Positions 51,420 through 62,470 of a stretch of DNA of 64,000 nucleotides are shown piece after piece. Each line of letters opens with the position of its first letter. Position 1 is the first letter of the stretch. This DNA is from Mytilus galloprovincialis (Eukaryota): the NCBI RefSeq assembly GCF_965363235.1, contig NC_134847.1, positions 70,109,664 to 70,173,663 of the forward strand, in the 5' to 3' direction. The translations under genes were made by a program, and so were the position numbers. The notes beneath the pieces were generated by a model that had not been told where the DNA came from, did no database searches, and saw only the letters and a list, made by a program, of their open reading frames with translations.

Positions 51420-52320
51420 GAGAAATTTAGCATGATTTTTTATACGCCCGTCAAATTTTTTGACGGGACGTATTATGGTATACAAATGTCCAGTGTCCGT
51501 CCGTCCGTCTGTCTGTCCGGCGTAAACATGTCGCACCGTAACTTGAGAACGACTTATCTAAATTTCATGAAACTTAATATAGTTGTTTTTAATGATGGTC
51601 AAATGATCTGTATACTTTTTGGTGAAAATAAGATTTAAACTTTTTGAGTTACGGCACTTTGTAACTAAAACAGGGGTGTGTTTTTTTTCACATGTCGCAC
51701 CCTATCTCAAAAACGATTCCTGATTATTGCTTAAAACTTTACACACTTCTTTGTTATATTAATCTAAAGATCTGTATACTTTTTGGTGATGATTCAAAAT
51801 TTCATTTTTGAGTTATTGAGCATTTTGTAAAAAAGGGGGAGGGAGTTTTTACATGTCGTGCCGTATCTCAAAAACGATTTATATTTATTGATTAAAACTT
51901 TACACACTTCTTTGTTATGATAATCTAAAGATCTGTATACTTTTTGGTGATGACTCAACATTTTATTTTTGAGTTATTGAGTATTTTGTAAAAAAAGGAG
52001 AGGTTTTTTTTTACATCTTGCGCCGTATCTCAAAAACAATTTATGATTATTGCTTGAAACTGTACACACTTCTTTGTTGTATTAATCTAAAGATCTGTAT
52101 TTTGGTTTGATTCAAAATTTTATTTTTGTGATATTTGTAAAAAAAAACAGGGTGGGGGGGGGGGGGTTCACAAGTCCTGCCGTGTCTCAAAAACAATAAA
52201 TGGTTATTGCTTAAAACTTTCTCAGAAACTATTTATGATTATTGCATAAAACTTCCACACAAGACGTCGGGCGTATCATGCGCTCATGGCGCAGCTGTTT
52301 ATTTTATTATGATGGATTGT
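51420..52320 (+). repeat. Interspersed element with a ~120-bp internal tandem unit ×5 (…tctcaaaaacgatttatgattattgcttaaaactttacacacttc…). It ends …gggcgtatcatgcgctcatggcgcagctgtttat. A shorter copy lies at 41660–42140.
   Basis: Two copies in PARP4 introns share both termini. The adjacent family at 36590–36900 and 50815–51260 ('gggcattatgtttt…ggttaaagtttttggtcaaggtag…') is also duplicated. Confidence 0.6.
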
Positions 52321-52576
52321 TGATCAATTGACAAAATTAGGAGATTAATTATTGCAATTTTTTAATACAAATAAAACAAGCAAAATTTGAAAAAGAAGTT
52401 TTCATTTTTGTAAAGCTTATACTGTTGCAATTTTCTCAATAATAAAAACATCACAAATTATATCTGAATTTACTGTTTTAAAAGCAACACATTTATGATG
52501 GCTGTCTTGATTATATACACAAACATTTTAAAAGCCTCTACTTGTTTATTAGAGATTGTTTATTAAACATTTGTAG

Positions 52577-52673
52577 GATGAGGTAGTATCGTCAGAGGGA
52601 CCATTTATATCAGAGTTAGTTGATAGAGAAGATGTAGACTTCCTTACCTACCTGAACTGGGAAGGAGAGACAG
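52577..52673 (+). CDS. PARP4: PARP4-like exon 26. DEVVSSEGPFISELVDREDVDFLTYLNWEGET
   Basis: Aligns to human NESPFPDIPKVSELIAKEDVDFLPYMSWQGEP. Donor g|gtaagt, phase 1. Confidence 0.8.
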
Positions 52674-53616
52674 GTAAGTAATCAATAGACTTTTCTCATA
52701 TTACCAACTTTTGACTCCAGATTTTTTTTTTTTCAAAAGGTACCTATTCTGTGGTAAGACATCCTAGTACTCAAGTCAAGAAAGAGCAACAGGAAAGAAG
52801 TAAAATCAAACATTTAATTGGTGCAATTTTTGGGAAAAGTTTTCTGTTTTCCATAATTTGTCCTATAAAGAAAAAGTAAAACTAAATTTCCCCTCTAAAT
52901 TGTAAAGATTGTAAGCTTGATTTTTACTTCTTTAACTGAAAGTTGCTCCTACTTGTCAGAGTACCAGGATGTCCAACTACAGATAAGTTAACCTGTCTAA
53001 AAAAACAAACTCTTGAGTCAAAAGTCGGTAATATGAAAATAGTCTATTGTTCTAAAAATTCATCTGCTTACCAAAAAAGGATTTTATGCCATGATTTGTG
53101 TGATCCTAACATATTTTGAAGTTTTGTGACTGTAACACCTTGTGAAGGCATCTCTTCTGAGACCAATTCACAGAAAGCTCTCACATGTGTTACTATTGTT
53201 ACTGTCATTATATTCTGAAATATAAAAGTAAGGAAACCTTGATAATTTTTTGAAGCTTATGACAATAACACCCTGTGAATGCAACTACTATGAGACCATT
53301 TTATAAGATTTCTCATACTTGGTAAGATTGGTTCTTATTGTATGTAGTTGATTGATTAATTGTTGGTGTTTAACTCCACTTTATAGTGCCACTTTAAGGC
53401 AATTACATAGCAGCCAGTTTTTAATGGTGACGGAAGCTGGAGTGCCCAGTGAAAACCACTAACCTTCATTGGGAAAACCGACAATCCTAGTCAAGATTGG
53501 AGTCAAGTGTACCGATACGAGCAGGGTTTCAAAACTTACAACCTCAGTTTTATAATTTCATGCATTCAAGGTGATCAAAGGAAAGTTTATGAGCCTCTAT
53601 GAATTTATTATTTAAG

Positions 53617-53739
53617 GAAGTGTCTATAGTAGTAGCAGTGAGGAAGAATGCACTAGTGAGGATGAAAGTCTAAGTAGTGGAGGATTTGTAAAAGGAGTTC
53701 AAAGAGGAGCAGTGGATGGGGAAGATCTTATTACTTCAG
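53617..53739 (+). CDS. PARP4: Probable PARP4-like exon 27, an acidic Ser-rich C-terminal segment. GSVYSSSSEEECTSEDESLSSGGFVKGVQRGAVDGEDLITS
   Basis: It enters in phase 1, matching exon 26, and ends at the donor tca g|gtaaaa. Its composition resembles the human SQPEVSEDFEEDGLGVLPAF region. Because it ends on a donor, the true 3' end of the gene lies further downstream and was not found. Confidence 0.5.
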
Positions 53740-53999
53740 GTAAAATAGAGGCATTTGTGCTATAAGAGATTAAGATTAAGACAAAAAAGTCAATTTTTAA
53801 AAATACCAAAGAACTGAAGATCATTTTGAAAAAATATGGTTAGTTAATGTGATTAATGAAGGCAGAGGTATGTTTTGAGGCTCATGATTATAAACAAAAA
53901 AAAGCTCTTCTGGCTCGAAATCCCATATGAATGATCTTCATTGCTTGGGTGTTTGTCATCCTGGTCCTAGGTTTTTATACGACTGCAAAAAATATAGTT

Positions 54000-54715
54000 T
54001 TCCTTTCATTTTGGTTGGGCTTTTTTCGTTGGAAAATCGCTGAAGACGTAAGGAGCAAGTCATTTTGAAATGCTTTAACTTTGTTTGATTTCAACAAAAA
54101 TTGAATGTATGGGGTTCTTTGATATGCTAAATCTAACCATGTATTTTTATTTTTTTATTTTTGGGCCCTGTTGTCAAATTGGTCCACATTTAGGTCAATA
54201 GTTATCAAAGGTACCAGGATTATAATTAAGTACACCAGACGTGCCTTTTGTTTACATAAGACTCATCAATGACGCTCATATCAAAAAAGTTATAAAGCCA
54301 AACAAATACAAAGTGGAAGAGGATTGAGGATTCAAAATTCCAAAAAGTTGTGCCAAAATTGGCTATGGTAATCTATGCTTGGCATAAGAAAATCCTTCGA
54401 TTTGGCCATTGAGTTCAAAAGGATCCAAAATTAAACATTGTTTGATTTCATAAAAAAATGAATTCTTGGGATTCTTTGATATGCTGAATCAATCCATGGC
54501 CATGTAGATTTTGGATATTGGAACATAATAGGTAAATTAAAATTTTTTAAGTTCATTAAACCACATTCATTCTGTGTCAGAAACCTATACTGTGTCAAAT
54601 ATTTAATCACAATCCAAATTCAGAGCTGTATCAAGCTTGAATATTGTGTCCATACTTGCTCCAACTATTCAGAGTTCAACCTCTGGGGTGTATCAAGCTG
54701 CGCCCTGCGGAGCAT
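54000..54715 (-). repeat. Shorter copy of the same composite element. It has the internal '…tttgatttcaacaaaaattgaat…gggttctttgatatgctgaatct' units and the SINE-like terminus. It sits in the PARP4/calmodulin-like intergenic or intronic space.
   Basis: Sequence identity to 27000–27560 and 28130–28315. An embedded 'ataccagg…cagacgtgccttttgtttacataagactcatcaatgacgctca' SINE fragment lies at 54215–54400. Confidence 0.6.
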
Positions 54716-54879
54716 TTTATTCACATTATCATCTTCTTCTTTTGGTCTGGCAGATATTAATCAAACTTGTCAAGATATGATGAATGGAATGTCCTCTTCT
54801 AATGATCCTCTTTTGGTTCTGATTTGACAAAAATATAGACATTTTTGATTTTGATATTTATTAATATGTATATTTTCAG

Positions 54880-55023
54880 AACTGAAAGAAGCTTTTGATA
54901 TATTTTCTGAAGATGATGGGCATACAATTTCTACAAAAGATGTTGGGTCTCTCATGAGGGCTTTGGGTCAAAATCCAACAGAAGCAGAACTACAAATCAT
55001 AATAAATGATCTTGACTTTGATG
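54880..55023 (+). CDS. Calmodulin-like EF-hand exon. (E)[47 protein letters not shown]
   Basis: Aligns to calmodulin residues 11–58 ([49 protein letters not shown]). The acceptor falls in phase 1 inside the Glu codon and the donor after DADG|, both at the positions of conserved calmodulin introns. The EF1 loop is degenerate ([12 protein letters not shown]). No upstream start exon was found. Confidence 0.75.
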
Positions 55024-55194
55024 GTAATCTATTCCAAGCATAATTTGTTTCAATGAAAAATAATATATAAGATATAGATAGAAATATATAAATAATGTCT
55101 ACAAGCAAGCTAATTTTAAGATTTGAATTTTTATCTATGCTGTGGTATAAACTGTACTCAACTGAAACAAAAACTTGTGTTATGCTCCAAAATT

Positions 55195-55295
55195 ATCATG
55201 TATTGTTTTCAGTGTAATGTATTGTTTTCAGTGTAATGTATTGTTTTCAGTGTAATGTATTGTTTTCAGTGTAATGTATTGTTTTCAGTGTCATT
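55195..55295. repeat. 20-bp tandem repeat (tcagtgtaatgtattgtttt)×5 in the calmodulin-like intron.
   Basis: Direct repetition. Confidence 0.85.
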
Positions 55296-55642
55296 GTTAA
55301 AAGATACTTAGATAAATTTATATACTGTAAATTAAGAAATTATTGCGTGCATTTATTATTGCGATTTTTCCAGAATGAGCAAAAGTGTGAGTTCTTTTAT
55401 TGTGATTATGGAAAAAAGGGCATACAGGTCTATATTTCAGTTGTCCGAATGCGAGTTCTTATCATTGGGATGCTCACCCAGTGGCATTTTGTGCATTAAT
55501 AAAAACCTGGCAATAATTTCTGAATTTACAATATAAAAAATATATAAATAAACTCATCATAGATACCAGGACTAAAATTTTACACTGACACCAGACGCTC
55601 GTTTCGTCTACCAAAGACTTAGATTTTAAATTTGTATTTTAG

Positions 55643-55950
55643 ATAGAGGTACAGTTGACTTTCCAGGATTTTACACATTGATGCAACATAAGATGAAAGA
55701 TACTGATGCAGAAGAAGAAATAATGGAAGCATTCAAAGTATTTGACAAAGATGGTGAAGGATCTATCAGCATGTCAGATTTAAGACACGTGATGACAAAC
55801 TTAGGGGAGAAATTAACAGACGAGGAGATTGAAGAAATGATGAGAGAAGCTGATGTGGACAGTACTGACAAACAGATTAATTATTTTGCCTTTGTAAAGA
55901 GGATGATGGACGAGGAAAAAAGTGAACCAGTTCAGCCTTCAGGTAATTAA
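55643..55950 (+). CDS. Calmodulin-like exon covering EF2–EF4. [102 protein letters not shown]
   Basis: Very close to calmodulin ([67 protein letters not shown]). Three calmodulin exons are fused into this one. It reaches a TAA stop at 55948–55950, but an alternative phase-1 GT donor lies at 55942|55943. Confidence 0.8.
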
Positions 55951-56118
55951 AGTGTCCTGTATATTTATCTTTCAAATATAAACTGATTAATAGTATAGTA
56001 TAGTTATAGATGAAAAAAAAATGCTAAATTCAGATTGTTTGGTTTCATTAATGATCATTGTGTGCAGATAAATTTCAAACATTTATATGAATAGAAAATG
56101 ATCTACTGTTAATTTCAG

Positions 56119-56307
56119 AACAAGACACAAGATCCAAATCAAGCCAATTAAAGGAAAAAGGTGATTTTAAAACTCCTGCAGCACAAGAAACTGTGGAAAA
56201 CTTAAAGAAAAAAGAAGACATGTTAGGGAAAAAACTAGATTACCTTGAAAAGAAGGTGGACAAGGAACTGAAGGTGGCAAAAGAAAATGCTGCCACAAAC
56301 AAAAGAG
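56119..56307 (+). CDS. CHMP4: CHMP4/Snf7 (ESCRT-III) exon. (E)QDTRSKSSQLKEKGDFKTPAAQETVENLKKKEDMLGKKLDYLEKKVDKELKVAKENAATNKR
   Basis: Aligns to human CHMP4B GKGGPTPQEAIQRLRDTEEMLSKKQEFLEKKIEQELTAAKKHGTKNKR. It starts at the acceptor taatttcag| in phase 1. A TGA lies 30 nt upstream in frame with no ATG, so the start must come from an upstream exon. Confidence 0.8.
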
Positions 56308-56941
56308 GTAATTGTTGCAAGTAATCTTTAAAATTGGAGTTATCTTCTTTTGTAAACAATTGTAGTTGATTCAGCTTATACAAAGCAATATTTAATTTTA
56401 CCTTCCATTGATAAATTGAATCAATCTACCATTCAGTACTGATAAGCATTTTGATTTACTGTTTTGCCTAATACCGGTATGTTGAATATTTAAATTGTTA
56501 GATATAAACTTAATTGGTAGATATGCTGCTTTTTGAAGTTTCAAATGTATTTGAAAACATTGACCAAAGAAATTTTGTATGTAGCACTGCAGTAAAAAGT
56601 GTGCACTGCTTTTACTTTAAAGATCCAATAGGACTACAAAACAGAAACCTTCAATTAAAATAATGGCTATTTTAATGCAAGCACCTAGAAATCACTAGTT
56701 AAAAACTGTCTGCACATAGTTTTTTTATGATCAATGGTTGCTCCTTGGAGCCTGTTTTGATTCAAGTGTCACTCATGAGTCTTTTGTAGACCAAACAAAT
56801 GATCAGTGTACACAATTTTAATCCTGTTATGGTGAGTTTATTATATTTAATGGCAATATGATTGAATAAATATTCCATTTAAATCTTCATCTTTGTGTGC
56901 ATTAATATGGAAATTTATAGTGAGTTTGTACTTATCAATAG

Positions 56942-57119
56942 TTGCTCTGCAAGCTTTAAAGAGAAAAAAGAAGTATGAAAAACAGTTACAGCAAGTAGAT
57001 GGAACACTATCAACTATGGAATTTCAGCGAGAGGCATTGGATCATGCAACTACTAACAAAGAAGTTTTGATTTGTATGGGAGGGGCTAATAAAGCCTTAA
57101 AGATGACCGAGCAACAGGG
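56942..57119 (+). CDS. CHMP4: CHMP4 exon. (V)ALQALKRKKKYEKQLQQVDGTLSTMEFQREALDHATTNKEVLICMGGANKALKMTEQQ
   Basis: Aligns to CHMP4B AALQALKRKKRYEKQLAQIDGTLSTIEFQREALENANTNTEVLKNMGYAAKAMK. An alternative in-frame acceptor at 56921 would add 7 residues. Donor gg|gtaaga, phase 2. Confidence 0.8.
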
Positions 57120-58012
57120 GTAAGAATCCAAACATGCATTAAATGTTTAATATCTCATATTTATGAATTCTTTACTAAAGAATCCAATTTGATTTTCTTC
57201 ATCCTACTTCAACAATAAACAAAACCCTTACTATTCCGTGAGTGAGTAAGCTTTAACAATTAAGGAAAAACAAATATGAAGGGCAGCTATCAAAGAAACC
57301 CATTAAATAACATGCTCCTACCTTTATATACAAAATGTGGAAGCTATACAGATTTGTGAGCACTTATTCTCACCTTACTTTGGACAGCAGTGTAACAGCA
57401 CAACATAAGAACAAACTATGATATTCAATTACATAGAACAGAAATCAACTAACAAAAAAACTCAAGACACAAAGTACAGATCTAAGATGACTGGCAGCTT
57501 GTGAAGGTCTATGTATGATCTTAGTTGAAAATTTCCCTTCAGACTTCATTCTTTATTTAGCACTGAAGCAATTTTTCTAAAGATTTTATGCTTATTTTTA
57601 ACGGTTTATTTGTATAGGTATGTAAAAAAAATTCTTGATGGATTTAATTTGATGTCATTTCTCATTTAGATGACTGTTTATCATTATTTTGCTCTATTTA
57701 TAGCATTACAGCTGACTGTGATAGGTTTTCAAAAACACCAAAACAGATCTATTACTGACTTATATTTTTTTTTTTTTTTTTTAAGTTTTATGTATTTCAT
57801 TCAATTCAAAATAAATCTCTAATATTTTAGTCACCTTTCCAAAAGTATTTGCTGTGACAATACAATTTTTCATGGAAAAGCATGGATGATTTCATTTTTT
57901 TTTTTAAAGTAAGAAATTCCTCTGAGAGGAAGAAATCATTCTGCCACAAAGTTGACTATTTTTTTTTCTTCCTCATATGACATATATGTAGTTTTTATGG
58001 TTTTTTTTCCAG

Positions 58013-58103
58013 GGATATTGACCATGTTCATGATCTATATATAGTGTCTGATGAAATTTGTGATGCTATTTCTACTAATTATTTTGGATTGACAGCAGAT
58101 GAG
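58013..58103 (+). CDS. CHMP4: CHMP4 exon. (G)DIDHVHDLYIVSDEICDAISTNYFGLTADE
   Basis: Aligns to CHMP4B DIDKVDELMQDIADQQELAEEISTAISKPVGFGEEFDEDE. Acceptor ttttttccag|, donor gag|gttagt. Confidence 0.75.
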
Positions 58104-58329
58104 GTTAGTATTGTCATCAACATGCATGATATATTTGCCACTGGACATTAAAACAACCTACACTCAGTGGTATATGGATTGCAGAAATACAAGGGTGATA
58201 GGAAAATAAAGGGGATGTGGGATATACATCAATTAGACAGCAACAACAAAAATCAAAGAATTGACTACAATCAAGTTTTCTGGTATCCTCTTTATTTAGT
58301 TCTGAGGGTTTATTCACATTTCTCAAACA

Positions 58330-58965
58330 TTTGTTGCAGCGGAGAGGGAGTGTTAAGTTTTACCTTTGTCCATCTGTACATCCTTTTGTCCGTCCATCTG
58401 TCCTAAAATTGGTTTCTGTTCTTGAACATTAGTTTTCCTCAACCAAATGTTATGTAACTTATACACAATGCTTATTACCACAAAACATAGATCAACTTCA
58501 CATTTGGGTGGCATCTTCGTTTTTGAGTTATGCCCCTTTACAAATGGAAAAATTGCTTAATTTTGCATTTCTGTTCTCTAACTTTAGTTTGCCTCAAACA
58601 AATATTATATAACTTATAAACAATAATGATTACATCTAAACACAGATTAAGCTTTAATTTTTGAGGTGTCACTATATAACCATTCTAGAGTTATGCCCCT
58701 TTACAAATCGAAAAATTGCTGAATTTTTTTGTTTCTGTTTTCTGATTATAGTTTGCCTCAACCAAATCTTATGAATATTATACATTTTGCTAATAACCCC
58801 ATAACACAGATCAATTTTGATTTTTGGTGACGTCACTTTTACAATTCTAGAGGTATGCCCTTTACAAAGGGGAAAATTGCTGAACTTTTTGTTTCTGTTC
58901 TCTACCTTAAGTTTGCCCAGACTAAATGTTATGAAACTTAGAAACAATGCTTATTACCACAAAAC
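58330..58965. repeat. Repeat family with ~150-bp internal subrepeats ('…tttgcctcaaccaaatgttatgaaacttatacacaatgcttattaccacaaaac…'). Other copies lie at 31745–32200 and 41390–41640.
   Basis: Three copies, all intronic (PARP4 introns 2 and 13; CHMP4 intron 3). Confidence 0.6.
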
Positions 58966-59225
58966 TCAGCTGACAATGCTGTATGGGCTTTGATCATTGT
59001 TGAAGGCTGTACGGTGACCTATAGTTGTTAATGTCTGTGTCATTTTGGTCTTTTGTGGTTAGTTGTCTCATTGGCAATCATACCACATCTTCTTTTTTAT
59101 ATGTATGAAATATTTGACACTGAATGTTAAACAATGAACAATCAATTTATAGATTTTTGGCTTTCAAGTTAAAACTGTTATGGAACCAACTGTCAAATGT
59201 ATTCAATTTGACATTTTCTTTACAG

Positions 59226-59319
59226 GATGATGATCTGTTAGCAGAATTAGAAGAATTAGAACAAGATCAAACCATAGAAGAAAAAAAATTAGGGTTGTTT
59301 TGGTCATTGCCTGAATTTG
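59226..59319 (+). CDS. CHMP4: CHMP4 exon. DDDLLAELEELEQDQTIEEKKLGLFWSLPEF(G). Its 3' boundary is uncertain: a donor is possible at 59319, or it may read through to a TGA at 59376.
   Basis: Aligns to CHMP4B DEDELMAELEELEQEELDKNLLE. The canonical C-terminal acidic/Trp ALIX-binding tail was not identified. Confidence 0.65.
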
Positions 59320-59679
59320 GTAAAATATTGTATGTTAAGATCTCAACATTTCTCAACATCTGTATTATTGAGGAATGATTTGATATTTTCGGTCAGGAAC
59401 TTTATTTTAATGAGATTCACAGACCTGCTGGGAATTCACTTCCTGTTTGACAATACTTTGAAATCATTATTCCCCTATAGGATGAAATATATTGACAATG
59501 TCTTATGTTGAAGGGGGATATGACTTTGTACAACACTGCATGCAACTCATTATTTGTATAACATACAGAATAGTATGGTTCTGGCCTTACTATTCAGAAG
59601 TATTTTCTTCATACATTGCCTGATTTACTACACAGAAGTCTTCCATCAATTTCAATCTCAGTTTTGAAATAAATGGATT

Positions 59680-61400
59680 TTTAGCTCACCTGGCCAGAAG
59701 GGCCAAGTGAGCTTTTCCCATCACTTTGCGTCCGGCGTCCGTCGTCGTCAGTCGTTCGTCGTCGTCCTGCGTCCGTCGTCGTCCTGCGTTCGTCATTGTT
59801 AACTTTTACAAAAATCTTCTCCTCTGAAACTACTAGGCCAAATTTAATCAAACTTGTCCACAATCATCATTGGGGTATCTAGTTTAAAAAATGTATCAGG
59901 TGACCCGGCCATCCAACCAAGATGGCCGCCACGGCTAAATATAGAACATAGGGGTAAAATGCAGTTTTTGGCTTATAACTCAAAAATCAAAGCATTTAGA
60001 GCAAATCTGACATGGGGTAAAATTGTTTATCAGGTCAAGATCTATCTGCCCAGAAATTTTCAGATGGATCCGACAACCGGTTGTTTGGTTGCTGCCCCAT
60101 AATTGGTAATTTTAAGGAAATTTTGACGTTTTTTGTCATTATCTTGAATATTATTATAGATAGAGATAAACTGTAAACAGCAATAATGTACAGCAAAGTA
60201 AGACCTAAAAATAAGTCAACATGACCAAAATGGTCAGTTGACCCCCTAAGGAGTTATTGTCCTTTATAGTCAATTTTTAACAATTTTCATAAAATTTGTA
60301 AATTTTTACTAACATTTTCCACTGAAACTACTGCGCCAAGATCATTATAGATAGAGATAATTGTAAACAGCAAGAATGTTCAGTAAAGTAAGATGTACAA
60401 ACACATCACCATCACCAAAACACAATTTTGTCATGAATCCATCTGCTTCCTTTGTTTAATATTCACATATACCAAGGTGAGCGACACAGGCTCTTTAGAG
60501 CCTCTAGTTTTTAACCTTTTTGGAGTTTGTTTTGTCCAAAACTAAAGACAATAGAGAGAAACTGTAACAGGAAAAATTATAAACTATACAAGATTAAAAC
60601 AAAACATTTTGGTCATTTATCATAATCTATTCCAGTCAACAATGTTAATGGGTGTCAATTGTTAAAGATGAACATTGATCTTGGTGAGCAACACAGGCTC
60701 TAAGAAGCGTTCAGTTTGTTTATTTTGATAATAAAGTGAAAACCCCTTGAACCATTTCTTTTGAATTGAATTTTTTGCAGAATTTATATTAAAAAAATGA
60801 TTTTTATCATAAAATCTGAAGATACTGTCCAGGAGTAGGTTTCACAAAAAACGTCCTTACTAACTATTCTAAACTGTTTATGACTTACGATCAATCTTAA
60901 TCATTAGTTTTTAGCTCACCTGGCACAAAGGGCCTGAATTAGTAATTTTAAGGAAATTTTGCAGTTTATGGTTATGATCTTGAATATTATTATAGATAGA
61001 GATAAACTGTAAACAGCAATAATGTTCAACAAAGTAAGATCTACAAATAAGTCTACAACACCAAAATTGTCAGTTGAACCCTTAAGGAGTTGTTGCCCTA
61101 TATAGTCAATTTTTCTAAAATTTAATGATCTTTTAATTTTTACAAAATGTTTTCCTTTGAAACTTCTGATCCAAGTTCATTATAGATAGAGAAAATTGTA
61201 AACAGCAAGAATGTTAAGTAGAGTGAGATTGACAAACACATCATCATCACCAAAACACAATTTTATCATGAATTCTATTCTCGTCAATAATTTGTGTCTC
61301 TTGTTTGATATGCTGCTTGCACTGTTGATAGACCAAGGTGAGCGACACAGGCTCGTTAGAGCCTCTAGTTTTGTGAAACCAACTCCAAATCATGTCTGCA
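59680..61400. repeat. Two tandem copies of a ~840-bp interspersed element ('tttttagctcacctggc…aagggcc…', '…ttattatagatagagataaactgtaaacagcaataatgt…', '…ccaaggtgagcgacacaggctc…'). A GTC/GTCC-rich simple repeat lies at 59745–59800.
   Basis: 60100–60500 matches 60940–61380. Confidence 0.6.
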
Positions 61401-61562
61401 ATAATTATCTTTTACTCCTTTCAAATAGAATTAAAGCAAAAAAATATTCATTTCCATCCATTTAGCATTAGTTCTGAAATATGGCAAAGTCAATTTGCAA
61501 TGCAAGAGAATGGGGTGTTTGAATTTGTATGAATTTCAAAGAAATGTTTGTGTTTGTTGCAG

Positions 61563-61636
61563 AAGAAAGTGATACATTGAAAAGATCAGAGGCTAAACAA
61601 ATTATTGAGAAGGAAAAAGAAAGAGACATGGATCAG
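61563..61636 (+). CDS. Exon encoding (E)ESDTLKRSEAKQIIEKEKERDMDQ. It could be the SNAP-25-like linker just before the second SNARE motif, or a CHMP4 3' exon.
   Basis: Only one open frame exists. Acceptor ttgttgcag| in phase 1, donor cag|gtatgt. KEKERDMDQ resembles SNAP-25 ARENEMDEN, which precedes its Qc-SNARE. It also resembles the CHMP4B KKKEEEDDDMKE tail, and it is phase-compatible with the CHMP4 exon ending at 59319. Confidence 0.45.
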
Positions 61637-62470
61637 TATGTATTTGTATAATTTGATTGGTCATTTAAATTTTCAAACCAGTAATATGATGAAAGATATG
61701 AATGAAGGTGGATGATTTATAATTTAAACCTTCTAATTAACAACCTTGCCATTTGAAAGGTTTCAAAACATATAAAAAGGGAATAAATATTAAAGCAAAT
61801 AGTTACAATATGTTTTACCCTTGCTTGTTGCATGAAATTATGGTAGTGTGAACCTTTTTTTAAGAACTGAGATTTTCTCTTTTCATATAAGAGACATTGT
61901 TAGTGCAATATAAATGTCTAAAAAATCTGTTTTTTTATAATTGATTGATTGATTGTTGGTGTTTAAAGCCACTTAAAGCACTTTTGGCTATATTGTTCCA
62001 GTCAGTTTTTAGTTCCAACTTACAACTTCAGTGTTGACAAGCTAGTGATACAGTAGATAAACTACTTAGACCACTGGGTTACCAAGGCTCTGTTTTCTAA
62101 TCTATTATAAGAATCAGAAGATGGAGTATGATTTCCAATAAGATAACTCTCCACCAGAAACCAAATGATATAGAAATTAACAACTATATAGGTCACTGTA
62201 CCGCCTTCACCAATGAGAAAAAATGCATACCTCATAGTTAGCTAGGAATGGCCAAAAATGTAAAACAATTTATTGTCTATATGCAATAGTTTGAGCTCAA
62301 CATAATTGTCATAAGGATTAAAAGTTTATGAATGTATACTGAACAGTTGCATTAGTTATTAACGAGGAAAATTGTGTTTTGTTCTATTTTGTTCTTGTAT
62401 TATGTTGCTGAATCAACAATGCATTAGTTTCTACTATTGTTGAAAATCTTTTATAATTTCCATGTTTAAG

